Source of the DNA: Minisyncoccota bacterium | GTDB lineage: Bacteria > Patescibacteriota > Minisyncoccia > Phycocordibacterales > GWA1-40-21 | DNA length: 64,000 nucleotides | NCBI GenBank assembly: GCA_041659365.1 | Contig: JBAZYH010000004.1 | Coordinates: forward strand, 164-64,163 | Direction: 5' to 3' | Shown here: in pieces, positions 28,599 through 37,273 of the stretch | How positions within the stretch are numbered: the first letter of the stretch is position 1 | Layout: each line of letters opens with the position of its first letter | Notes under the pieces: model-generated | Database searches by the model: none | Seen by the model: only the letters and a program-made list of their open reading frames with translations | Told to the model about the DNA's origin: nothing | Program-made: the position numbers and the translations under genes

Positions 28599-29868
28599 AA
28601 GATTTTATCTGGGCTTTTTTACCAGTAAATAATTCATAACGTTTTATAATCAAATCACAAAACTTTGGCTCTAGCTCTAAGCCATATACTCTTCGACCTA
28701 ATTGTTCACCTGCAAGGAGAGTGCTACCTGAACCCAAGAAACTATCTAAGATAATGTCATTTGGTTTTGTACATCGTTTTATAGCCTTCTCATGAAGAGT
28801 TATCGGTTTAGAAGTCGCATGTTCATAGTCCTTAGCTGAAAGCCTTTTAGCTGTCCATATCTCAAGAAAATCATCAACTTGTGCTACAAGTTCATTTCCT
28901 GTTCCGAATTCTTTGTTTAATACCTCATTAAGAGTTGTGATTGATTCTGCAAGGTATGGTCGTCCACGAATACCATAGACCGCAGGTTCATATGCTTTAT
29001 TGCAGAATATTTTAGGCACGGGGTTTTGTGAATTTTTCAGCCATAAGCAAACTCGTTTATTAGACACACCAAGTGATCTGTATATGTCCTGAATTAATCC
29101 TATATACACCTGATCGCAATAATAGAAAACGTGCGTACTAGGGTTAGATACTGCAAGTGCTGACTCTAAACTTTCTCGAATAAATGTTTTATATTCTTCA
29201 AAAGTTCTAGAATCTTTTACACTTCCTCCGTACTCTTTATTTCCACCAATTCCACCATCATAGTCTATATCTAGGTTATACACTGGGTCCGAATAGATCA
29301 TCGAAACTTTCTCTTCGCCTAACAGTCTTTTTAGATTTTCAGGTTTAGTTGAATCACCACAAAGAATTTTGTGTTTACCGAGAATAATAATATCTCCTAA
29401 TTTTGTTTTAGGTTCTGTTATTTTTTTGATTTCTTTTTCGATATCGAAATTATCTTCTTTAACTTCCTGATCTTCATCCCAGAATTTTGCAATTTCCATA
29501 TCTTCAAACCCCGCGAGTTGAAGAAGCTCCATGTCAAAAGATCTAAGGAGATCATAATCCCAGTCACCACCTAATTTATTTGAAGCAATTAGATATTGTT
29601 TCGATTCTATTTCTGTAAGCTTTCTATTTGGAATCCTTACGTCAATTATTTCTTCTCCACGATCTAATAACTGCAAAGCCCTAATCCTTTGGTGTCCTGC
29701 CAAAATAACTCCTGTTTTATCAATAGCAGGAATCTCAACTAAATTATACTTCTGCAAACTTTTCTTAATATCTGACATTTGCTTATCTGATATTTTGCGA
29801 GGATTGATCTTTTGAGGAATAAGATCATTAACATTTCTTTGGACCGTAGTCCATATGAGTTTACTCAT
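28585..29868 (-). CDS. ParB-like N-terminal domain fused to N6/N4 DNA methyltransferase
   Basis: NPR..LAGHQR ParB-like motif; SDPVY, HATSKP and DSFLGSGST. Confidence 0.88.
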   Translation of the reverse strand: MSKLIWTTVQRNVNDLIPQKINPRKISDKQMSDIKKSLQKYNLVEIPAIDKTGVILAGHQRIRALQLLDRGEEIIDVRIPNRKLTEIESKQYLIASNKLGGDWDYDLLRSFDMELLQLAGFEDMEIAKFWDEDQEVKEDNFDIEKEIKKITEPKTKLGDIIILGKHKILCGDSTKPENLKRLLGEEKVSMIYSDPVYNLDIDYDGGIGGNKEYGGSVKDSRTFEEYKTFIRESLESALAVSNPSTHVFYYCDQVYIGLIQDIYRSLGVSNKRVCLWLKNSQNPVPKIFCNKAYEPAVYGIRGRPYLAESITTLNEVLNKEFGTGNELVAQVDDFLEIWTAKRLSAKDYEHATSKPITLHEKAIKRCTKPNDIILDSFLGSGSTLLAGEQLGRRVYGLELEPKFCDLIIKRYELFTGKKAQIKSYEEK

Positions 29869-30038
29869 ATTATTTTATTAATAAATTTAATAAAATGTAT
29901 AGATATAGAAAAAGCCTATTCCGTACACGAAATAAAAGAAGTTTGACTAAACTCAATTTATTTCTTGCGCGGAATAGGCATGGCTTTGAAGCGATACACT
30001 ATTCTACTTTTTACTACGCATTAACTAACATTTGTATT

Positions 30039-30461
30039 TTAATCCGTAGGTTTATTTTTTGCAAGCCCACGAATAATTCTTTGTCCATTTTTACTTTTTA
30101 TAAATTCGACCATATCTTTTCCAGCAACAATGGGAAGTCCTGCTTTTGGTATCTGTATTACGACTTCAAATCCATTTTTACGCTCTTCTTCTACGTACTT
30201 TACAAATGCAGGATCATTCTGTAATTGAGTAAGAATTTCCATTTTGAAAGTATTTGTATTTTCTACAATGGGTTCAGGTTTATTTATATGTTGATATATT
30301 CTACCTGGTTGCCCAATTGCATTAAAAGCTTTTTTAAGTTTACTTCCAAATGTACTGGGTCGTTTTGGACTAGCATGCAACATAATATCCGTTAAAAGAA
30401 TATTCTTATATTTTACTCCTTCTTTTCTTGCTGTTGGCTTAAATTCTAATTTGTATTCCAT
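30039..30461 (-). CDS. Hypothetical protein
   Basis: 140-aa ORF divergent from lexA. Confidence 0.65.
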   Translation of the reverse strand: MEYKLEFKPTARKEGVKYKNILLTDIMLHASPKRPSTFGSKLKKAFNAIGQPGRIYQHINKPEPIVENTNTFKMEILTQLQNDPAFVKYVEEERKNGFEVVIQIPKAGLPIVAGKDMVEFIKSKNGQRIIRGLAKNKPTD

Positions 30462-30473
30462 AGCTTTTTACAC

Positions 30474-30515
30474 TTGCTTAAATTTATACTTAGGTGTATA
30501 CTATTGTATACTATT
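30474..30515 (+). promoter_or_regulatory. Sigma70-like promoter with overlapping tandem repeat (possible operator)
   Basis: TTGCTT-N17-TATACT; GTATACTATT repeated twice at 30496-30515. Confidence 0.55.
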
Positions 30516-31133
30516 ATGAATAAAAACACAAGAGACAAAGATATATCAGTGCTTAAATTTATAAGAAATACGTTCATTAACAGCGGTACGGGTCCTTCCC
30601 TAAGAGAGATAAATGAGGTTACAGGAGGTAAATCTCCTCGATCTGCCAGTATCATTTTAGACAGACTTGAAAAAGATGGTTTTATAAAAAGACAGAATGG
30701 AAAAATAATTTCTATTGCTTTTGAAAAACCAAATTCTGTTTCAACGATTAATATACCATTAGTGGGAGCTGTACCCTGTGGTGCACCAATGTTGGCAGAA
30801 CAAAATATTGAAACTTATATTCCTGTTTCAACTGCTTTAGCAAAGAAAGGGTCAAATTATTTTCTTTTAAGAGCAACTGGGGATTCTATGAATCTAGCAG
30901 GGATAAATGATAAAGATATTCTTTTAGTTAGGCAACAAGAAACTGCTGATAATGGAGAAAAAGTTGTAGCTTTAATTGATGAAGAAGCTACTGTAAAAAT
31001 TTTAGATAAAAAAGACGATGTTGTAATTTTAAGACCAAAATCTTCAAATTCTTCACACAAGCCAATTATATTATCAAATAATTGTCAGATTCAGGGAGTC
31101 GTCGTGGCTGTACTTCCATCTGACTTATATTAA
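30516..31133 (+). CDS. lexA: LexA family repressor (S24 autopeptidase)
   Basis: PSLREI HTH, VPCG cleavage site, GDSM Ser, TVK Lys; ATG at 30516. Confidence 0.9.
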   Translation: MNKNTRDKDISVLKFIRNTFINSGTGPSLREINEVTGGKSPRSASIILDRLEKDGFIKRQNGKIISIAFEKPNSVSTINIPLVGAVPCGAPMLAEQNIETYIPVSTALAKKGSNYFLLRATGDSMNLAGINDKDILLVRQQETADNGEKVVALIDEEATVKILDKKDDVVILRPKSSNSSHKPIILSNNCQIQGVVVAVLPSDLY

Positions 31134-31136
31134 AAT

Positions 31137-31415
31137 ATGAATACAATACTTATTTCATATGACCTAAATGGTCACGAAGATAGTGAGTCTTATAAAAAAC
31201 TCATAGAAAAAATTAAAGAATATCCAAGTTGGGCAAAACCTTTGGAGTCTTTTTTCTTAGTAAAAACAGATAGCAGTTCCTCTGAAGTACGAGATAATTT
31301 AACCCCATATATAGATTCAAACGACGAGCTCTTAACTATAAACGTTACTAATCGTGGTTGGGCTAGTAGGGGTATATCAACAAAAGTAAATGATTGGTTA
31401 AAGACAAACATGTAA
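31137..31415 (+). CDS. Small ferredoxin-fold protein (Cas2/VapD-like N-terminal motif)
   Basis: ILISYDL...YKKLIEKIK...LES pattern. Confidence 0.65.
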   Translation: MNTILISYDLNGHEDSESYKKLIEKIKEYPSWAKPLESFFLVKTDSSSSEVRDNLTPYIDSNDELLTINVTNRGWASRGISTKVNDWLKTNM

Positions 31416-31440
31416 TATTAAAAATTAATTTATAAAAAAT

Positions 31441-31647
31441 ATGTTACCAAAATATATAAAAAATTCGGGGAAACAATGGACACCCTCAGAAGAAAAACAA
31501 TTAAAATCATTAGCAAAAGACAATACACCCACTCGTGTAATTGGTCTTAAATTAGGTCGACCAGTAGGAGGAGTGCAAAATAAAGCATCAGAGCTAGGTG
31601 TAAGTTTAAAACCTACAAATCAAGCACCATATAATCGTAAAAAATAG
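31441..31647 (+). CDS. Small Myb/SANT-like HTH protein
   Basis: WTPSEEKQLKSLA...IGLKLGRP..VQNKA. Confidence 0.7.
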   Translation: MLPKYIKNSGKQWTPSEEKQLKSLAKDNTPTRVIGLKLGRPVGGVQNKASELGVSLKPTNQAPYNRKK

Positions 31648-31648
31648 C

Positions 31649-32041
31649 ATGGAAGCGAAATTAAAACATTTGGAATTTATCCAAGCAACAATTAATCGTA
31701 TGTCCAGTAATTCTTTTCTCTTAAAAGGATGGGCTATAACAATTATTGGTGGACTTTTTGCACTAACATTCAAAGAAACAAATTGCACCTATATTTATTT
31801 TTCTTCCATGCTTTTAATATTTTTTGCATTATTAGATTCATATTACCTATCAAGAGAAAGACTTTTTATTAAACTTTATAATCAGGCAAGAAAAGAGGAG
31901 GAACCTGATATAAAATTTTCTATGGACATTAGTAAATTTAAATCTGGATGTGATTGGTGTGATGCTCTCTTTTCTACCACTACAGGTTTATTTTATGGTG
32001 GACTACTTATTACTCAGTTTCTAATAATCTATTTTATTTAA
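31649..32041 (+). CDS. Small multi-pass membrane protein, candidate TIR-system effector
   Basis: KHLEFIQATINRMSSNSFLLKGW and LDSYYLSRERLF; three hydrophobic segments. Confidence 0.75.
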   Translation: MEAKLKHLEFIQATINRMSSNSFLLKGWAITIIGGLFALTFKETNCTYIYFSSMLLIFFALLDSYYLSRERLFIKLYNQARKEEEPDIKFSMDISKFKSGCDWCDALFSTTTGLFYGGLLITQFLIIYFI

Positions 32042-32042
32042 T

Positions 32043-33002
32043 ATGGCAAGATATGTATTTTTCAGCTTTCATCATGGGGGCGATTCAAAAAGAATAGGTG
32101 TTGTTAGAAATCATAATGTTACCAAGGATGATTATCAAGAGGCTGGATATATTGATTCTGCTGATTGGGAAAAGATTAAACTTCAAGGTAAAGATTCCGT
32201 AAAAAAATGGATCAATACTCAACTAAATGGGACATCTGTTACAGTTGTACTGATTGGTGCTAAAACCTCAGAACGAGAATGGGTTAATTATGAAATTCAA
32301 GAAAGTTTTAACAGGGGGAATGCATTACTTGGTGTTTATATACACAATATAAAAGGACTCGACCAGGTTACTACACCTAAAGGAGAAAATCCTTTTGATA
32401 ATTTTTCAATAGATGAAAATGGGAAACCTCTTAGTAGTATTGTTTCTACATATGATTGGGTAAATAATGATGGATATAATAATTTTAGTGAATGGGTAGA
32501 ATCAGCATATAAAAATTGGCAAAAACCAGAAAATTCTGTTTTAAAAAGTATTACTAAAATATCTACCGTAAACACAAATCTTGAAACACCACAAACAAAA
32601 ATATTAAGTCGTGATCAAGGTGAACAGTTTATTGAGGATATTGGGATTAAAACAAATTTAATATACAGAGTAGGACTTGACTGCGAAGTTAAACAGGATG
32701 GGTTTAGACCTTTTTTTCTTAAGAGTTCGAGTAATCCTTTGAAGAAAAAACGCTCTTTAGAATTTTTTATTAATTCTTGTACAGTTCCAAAACCGTATTC
32801 AATAAAATGGAAAGTAAAAAATACAGGGAGTGAAGCTTCCTCATTAAGTGCACTTAGAGGAGAAATAACTGACGATGCTGGTTTTGAAAGAAAAAAGGAA
32901 AATACCTTATATACAGGGACTCATTATGTTGAATGTTATGTGATAAAAGATAATCAATGTGTTGCTAAGGATAAAATTAATGTTCCCATATCATCTTATT
33001 AA
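32043..33002 (+). CDS. ThsB/DUF1863-type TIR domain fused to an AGS-C-like C-terminal domain
   Basis: N-terminal VFFSFH, SVTVVLIG, WVNYEI; C-terminal EQFIED, QDGFR, VPKPYSIKWKVKNTGSEA, RGEI, GTHYVECYVIK, INVPI. Confidence 0.82.
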   Translation: MARYVFFSFHHGGDSKRIGVVRNHNVTKDDYQEAGYIDSADWEKIKLQGKDSVKKWINTQLNGTSVTVVLIGAKTSEREWVNYEIQESFNRGNALLGVYIHNIKGLDQVTTPKGENPFDNFSIDENGKPLSSIVSTYDWVNNDGYNNFSEWVESAYKNWQKPENSVLKSITKISTVNTNLETPQTKILSRDQGEQFIEDIGIKTNLIYRVGLDCEVKQDGFRPFFLKSSSNPLKKKRSLEFFINSCTVPKPYSIKWKVKNTGSEASSLSALRGEITDDAGFERKKENTLYTGTHYVECYVIKDNQCVAKDKINVPISSY

Positions 33003-33018
33003 CTAATAATAAATAATT

Positions 33019-33510
33019 ATGAAAAGACAAGTTTTTTATAGTTTCCATTATGACAATGACCACTGGAGGGCATCTCAAGTCCGAAACATCGGAGCAATTG
33101 AAGGTAATAGACCTGCTCCAGATAATGATTGGGAGACAGTTAAAAAAGGTGGAGATCAAGCTATTGAACGCTGGATTAATGAACAAATGAAATATCGTTC
33201 TTGTACGATTGTTTTAATCGGATCAAAAACCGCTGATAGAAAATGGATAAAACATGAAATAAAGAAATCTTGGGAAAATGGAATGGGGTTAGTTGGCATA
33301 TATATTCATAACTTAAAAAATAGTGTTGGGTCACAGGGATATCAAGGGAGTAATCCTTTTGATAGTTTTAATCATAATGGAACACCATTAAATCAAATAA
33401 TTAAAACTTATAATCCTCCATACAATGACAGTAAACAAGTTTATGCTTATATAAGCAATAATATAGGTGCATGGGCTGATGAAGCAGTTTTAATTCGTCA
33501 AAAATACTAA
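33019..33510 (+). CDS. ThsB/DUF1863-type TIR domain protein
   Basis: VFYSFHY, SCTIVLIG, WIKHEI (catalytic Glu), GIYIH, NPF. Confidence 0.9.
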   Translation: MKRQVFYSFHYDNDHWRASQVRNIGAIEGNRPAPDNDWETVKKGGDQAIERWINEQMKYRSCTIVLIGSKTADRKWIKHEIKKSWENGMGLVGIYIHNLKNSVGSQGYQGSNPFDSFNHNGTPLNQIIKTYNPPYNDSKQVYAYISNNIGAWADEAVLIRQKY

Positions 33511-33522
33511 TCAAATATCTAT

Positions 33523-34191
33523 ATGGATTTTGATGTTGCTATTTTAAATCTAAATAAAATTTTAGAAGAAAAACAACCATCAAAAATTAGTCCATCTTGG
33601 ATTTTTCAAAACTCTCCCCGTGTATATCGTTATATTTGGAAAAATATCAGGACCGAAAATAATGAAATTGACTGGGATATTGTTACTGATTCTTTAGATA
33701 GATCATTTCAGAAATGTTGGACTAGATACAGGTATAAAAAAGCCAAACTTTACGAGAAGCAGTCTGAAGTTGATCTAATCATAAATAAGTATAAAGATAA
33801 ACTTTATACATTTTTAACAGTTACAAATGAAAAAGATAAACATATTCAAGACAGAATGGTTATAAGCTTAGTTAGACTTGGACAAAAAGGAAATGTTTGT
33901 GCTCAAGAAGAGTTGATTAAATGGGTAACTTTTATTACTGACGACTGGATTGATCGTTACCCACAGATGTGCAGATGGAAAGGATATACAGATGAAGTAC
34001 CAGATAAGATTAGAGGATGTATCCGTTGTTATAGATATACAGGGTCTTTTCTTGGGTATCTTTTTAGAACTCTTGAATATTCAGTAAGGGGTAAACCTCC
34101 TTTGGTGTCTTTGAATGACAAGATTTTTGATGGTAGTAAAACCCTAGAAGAATATGCGAGGGTGGAGGAAGATTGGCAGATATATAAATAA
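33523..34191 (+). CDS. Hypothetical protein, C-terminus loosely sigma-factor-like
   Basis: 222-aa ORF; LGQKGNVCAQEELI...SFLGYL. Confidence 0.65.
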   Translation: MDFDVAILNLNKILEEKQPSKISPSWIFQNSPRVYRYIWKNIRTENNEIDWDIVTDSLDRSFQKCWTRYRYKKAKLYEKQSEVDLIINKYKDKLYTFLTVTNEKDKHIQDRMVISLVRLGQKGNVCAQEELIKWVTFITDDWIDRYPQMCRWKGYTDEVPDKIRGCIRCYRYTGSFLGYLFRTLEYSVRGKPPLVSLNDKIFDGSKTLEEYARVEEDWQIYK

Positions 34192-34232
34192 AGGACTTGC
34201 TATATATTCAAATAATTGTAATATCTAGCGAT

Positions 34233-34463
34233 ATGAGAAGAAGATGGCAAAAAGATTATATATCTAAGAATGGTTATTCACCAGAAACCAACAGATTAGT
34301 GGGAAGCTTATCTTATGTTATTTTTTATTCAATTATATTTTATATAGCCTTTAAGGTATGGGGAATGGATGTTTTAGATGATGTTTGGTTCTGGGTTTTT
34401 AACGTTATATCTTATCCGTTTGTTGGTTGGTTTCTAAGAAAAATTAAGTTCTGGGTTTATTAA
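34233..34463 (+). CDS. Small hypothetical membrane protein
   Basis: Two hydrophobic segments; ATG at 34233. Confidence 0.55.
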   Translation: MRRRWQKDYISKNGYSPETNRLVGSLSYVIFYSIIFYIAFKVWGMDVLDDVWFWVFNVISYPFVGWFLRKIKFWVY

Positions 34464-34610
34464 AAGTTACAGTTGAATGTAACCTTTAACCTCAATCCCG
34501 TGTCACTTTTGTCACTTTTTTAATTCGCACGAGATACGTCGTTATGGTAATATAAAATTATTAGAAATAACGTTACAGGGCTTGTCATCGAAAGGTCCTA
34601 ACACGAGTGT

Positions 34611-34772
34611 CCCCGCATTTAAAAATCCACTGGAAACAGTGTGTTTTTTATACGGGGAGAAACGAGCAAACTTCTTTGCTCGTGTGTGAGATTCGAAAGA
34701 TTTTTCCATACGAGCTTTTGCGAGGAGGAAAAATACCTGGCTATGTGATAGCCGAATCTCCCCCTCTCCGCA
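34611..34772 (+). repeat. tRNA-Ser-matched structured tail ending in a 20-nt copy of the tRNA 3' end
   Basis: CGAATCTCCCCCTCTCCGCA (34753-34772) differs by one base from the tRNA-Ser end; scaffold shared with the tRNA-Phe tail. Confidence 0.8.
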
Positions 34773-34869
34773 AAATATATTATTGTTAAAATATAATATC
34801 CATGTTATAATTAACAAGGTTTAGTTTGGATTAACCATGAAGGTTATTCCTTAACAAAAGGAGTTTGAG

Positions 34870-35160
34870 ATGAAGAATGAGATGAATTTTCGTACTGCAT
34901 TTTGGGGACATGGAGCACCTTTCGGGTTTGTCTTTTTTGTTCTCATTGTGTGTATTTTATTGGTAACCGCTTCTAACTCTCAGCAGTTTTGTGAACCTGA
35001 GGGAGATTTCACGAAGTATCTTTATATAGCGAATGAGATTAACTACCAATTCATTTTGGTTTGTTCATCTCTAGTTTCGTTTATTATTTGTTTAATGATC
35101 ACTTTCTGGAAGATGAAAATCCGTCCGATTTTGGGTGTGGAGGATTATTTAATTCCGTGA
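34870..35160 (+). CDS. Hypothetical 2-TM membrane protein
   Basis: AAGGAG SD; hairpin terminator GAGGCCAGCGAC/GTCGCTGGCCTC follows. Confidence 0.7.
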   Translation: MKNEMNFRTAFWGHGAPFGFVFFVLIVCILLVTASNSQQFCEPEGDFTKYLYIANEINYQFILVCSSLVSFIICLMITFWKMKIRPILGVEDYLIP

Positions 35161-35238
35161 GTTTGAGGCCAGCGACAAGTCGCTGGCCTCTTAATTTGTT
35201 TTTCGGTATTTTTGTGATAATATCTTGATTATAAATAA

Positions 35239-35287
35239 GGGCTAAACAATTTTTAAATTGTCGCCCGAATATTTTTATATTTTAGGG
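35239..35287 (+). repeat. Double-hairpin GGCTAAA/TCGCCCGA element, copy 4, fused to the tRNA-Val 5' end
   Basis: GGGCTAAA-CAATTT/AAATTG-TCGCCCG-AATAT/ATATT-TTAGGG. Confidence 0.78.
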
Positions 35288-35357
35288 CGGTTAGCTCAGT
35301 TGGTAGAGCATTTCTTTGACGTAGAAAGGGTCACAGGTTCGAATCCTGTACCGCCCA
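35285..35357 (+). tRNA. tRNA-Val(GAC)
   Basis: Cloverleaf; TTTCT-TTGACGT-AGAAA anticodon arm. Confidence 0.95.
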
Positions 35358-35693
35358 CAAACGTTAATAAAACCTGAACCGCTTCAGGTTTTTAGTTTGT
35401 GGGAAGCGCAGTGATATTTTGTTAGCAAACAAAATCACGAGCTGGGGTCACGAGTACTTACGTAGAATTTGAGCATAGCGAAAAATTATACTTAGTAACT
35501 CGTGTACACACCAAATAGAGATCCTTTAAAAAATGAGTGACGACGAACAAAAAACTCGTGACCGATCCCTGCACTTCTAAATTAAATCTTACAGAATAAG
35601 AGTCCTTGTCTTTACTATATTTCCCCTTGACCTTCCCTTACAAAAGTCTAATATTACTTATAGAGAAGTTCAAACTAAAGGAAAGGAATTCTT

Positions 35694-36209
35694 ATGGAAA
35701 AAGAAGAGGAAAAAACATTAAATATAGCGGTGGTTGTTTTTATCACCTTTGGTGATTTTGTCTTATTGGCTAAAAAAACGAAAAAAATAGGAAAAGGACT
35801 TTGGAGTGGCTATGGTGGTGGTATTGAAGAAGGGGAAACCCCAGAAGATACTGCTGTTAGAGAAACTTCTGAGGAAACTAAACGTGGTATCACAATAAGA
35901 AAAAAAAGTTTGACTAGAGTTGCTGATACATACTTTCATAATACAAAGGAAGATGGAAGTACTTTTGACCTTAATGTTATTGTTTTCTTGGCAGATAAAC
36001 ATGAAGGTACTCCAAATCCATCAGATGAAATGTCAGATCCCACTTGGTTTAATAAGAAAAACCTTCCCTTAGATAAAATGTTTCCGGCAGATAAATTTTG
36101 GGTTCCACAAGTATTGGCTGGTAAAAAATGTATAGTAAAAGCAAGCTACGGTCCACATCAAGCTTATATGATTGGTGAGCCGGAAATAGAATATGTAGAT
36201 TCATTTTAA
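35694..36209 (+). CDS. NUDIX hydrolase (MutT/MTH1-like)
   Basis: GGGIEEGETPEDTAVRETSEET Nudix box. Confidence 0.92.
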   Translation: MEKEEEKTLNIAVVVFITFGDFVLLAKKTKKIGKGLWSGYGGGIEEGETPEDTAVRETSEETKRGITIRKKSLTRVADTYFHNTKEDGSTFDLNVIVFLADKHEGTPNPSDEMSDPTWFNKKNLPLDKMFPADKFWVPQVLAGKKCIVKASYGPHQAYMIGEPEIEYVDSF

Positions 36210-36232
36210 AAAGAGGGGAAAACCCCTCTTTT

Positions 36233-37165
36233 TTACTTTGTCTTTAACCACTTATAGATATCTTCTAGGGCTTTTATTGCATCTCCAACAGCAATGTTAT
36301 TTTGTTTGTATAATCCATCTGTACAATCACCAGCAGACCAAATACCTTCCTCAGAAGTTTTTTGTGTTTTAGGATCTACTATTATTTCTTCTTTATCATT
36401 TAATTTTACCAAACCATTTTTAATATATTCTACAGACGGATTTGCTCCAATCTCAACAAAAATTCCTTGTACTGGTAATTCTTTTTCTTCCCCAGTCACC
36501 TTATCTTTATAAATTATTCCTGATACAAATTTGTCTCCTTTAACTTCGAGTAGATCTATATTTGTTACTCCTTTAATCTTTGGATCGGAGAGGACTTTTT
36601 TGATCGTTATAGGGTCAGCTTTAAAATCACTTCTTTGTAATATTGCTACACTTTTTGCGTATGTTAAAAGTTGGGTTGCTGATTCAAAAGCACTATTTCC
36701 TCCACCTATGACAGCCACATCCATGTCTGCAAACATCGGGGCATCACAAGTCGCACAGTAAGTAATGCCTTTTCCTTCAAATTCTTCTGCACCCTTTATT
36801 TTTATTTTTCTTCGAACACTTCCAGAAGCAATCAAAATTGTTTTTGCAGTATATTTATTTTTGTTTGTTGTAATTGTAAAAGAACCGTCTTCATTTTTAA
36901 TTAAATCTAAGACAGTTTCTTTTTCTTTTATTTCAACAGTATCGCTAGAGTAAGCTTTAAGATGTTTTTCTAGATTTGAGGCTAGTTCTTCTCCTTTGAT
37001 AGAGACAGTCCCTATCCAGTTTTGTATATTTTCAGAAACTACACTTTGATTACGAAAATTTTCTGTTATAAAAACAGTTTTTATTTTTTTTCTGGCAGCA
37101 TAAACTCCTCCAGCTACTCCAGCTGGTCCACCACCGATGATACAGAGGTCAAAGATTGATTCCAT
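36233..37165 (-). CDS. trxB: Thioredoxin reductase family protein
   Basis: IIGGGPAG, YCATCD, VIGGGNSA, AGD. Confidence 0.9.
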   Translation of the reverse strand: MESIFDLCIIGGGPAGVAGGVYAARKKIKTVFITENFRNQSVVSENIQNWIGTVSIKGEELASNLEKHLKAYSSDTVEIKEKETVLDLIKNEDGSFTITTNKNKYTAKTILIASGSVRRKIKIKGAEEFEGKGITYCATCDAPMFADMDVAVIGGGNSAFESATQLLTYAKSVAILQRSDFKADPITIKKVLSDPKIKGVTNIDLLEVKGDKFVSGIIYKDKVTGEEKELPVQGIFVEIGANPSVEYIKNGLVKLNDKEEIIVDPKTQKTSEEGIWSAGDCTDGLYKQNNIAVGDAIKALEDIYKWLKTK

Positions 37166-37273
37166 AAAATATTTTTAATTTTGATAAGAATAATTAAACC
37201 TGGATTGCCACAGGTGATTACACCTTCGCAAAGACGCACAAAAAAATTGGCATTTACGATAATGAGTGAGTCT

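Larger units (their letters stand above)
21186..34610. mobile_element. Integrative island 2 at the tRNA-Ser 3' end (recombinase, terminase, methylase, defence and efflux cargo)
   Basis: tRNA-Ser-matched tail and 3' repeat displaced to 34611-34772; mobile gene content. Confidence 0.8.

Noticed and set aside
31649-33510. Canonical Thoeris type I/II or canonical CBASS
   Set aside because: No SIR2-SLOG or Macro-domain ThsA and no CD-NTase present
21186-34610. Complete prophage
   Set aside because: No portal, capsid, tail or lysis genes recognisable
34542-34817. ORFs 34542-34817 and 34607-34789; likewise 2894-3118, 10775-10990, 57163-57405 and 60355-60645
   Set aside because: They run through repeats, tRNA tails or rnpB and have no protein-like motifs
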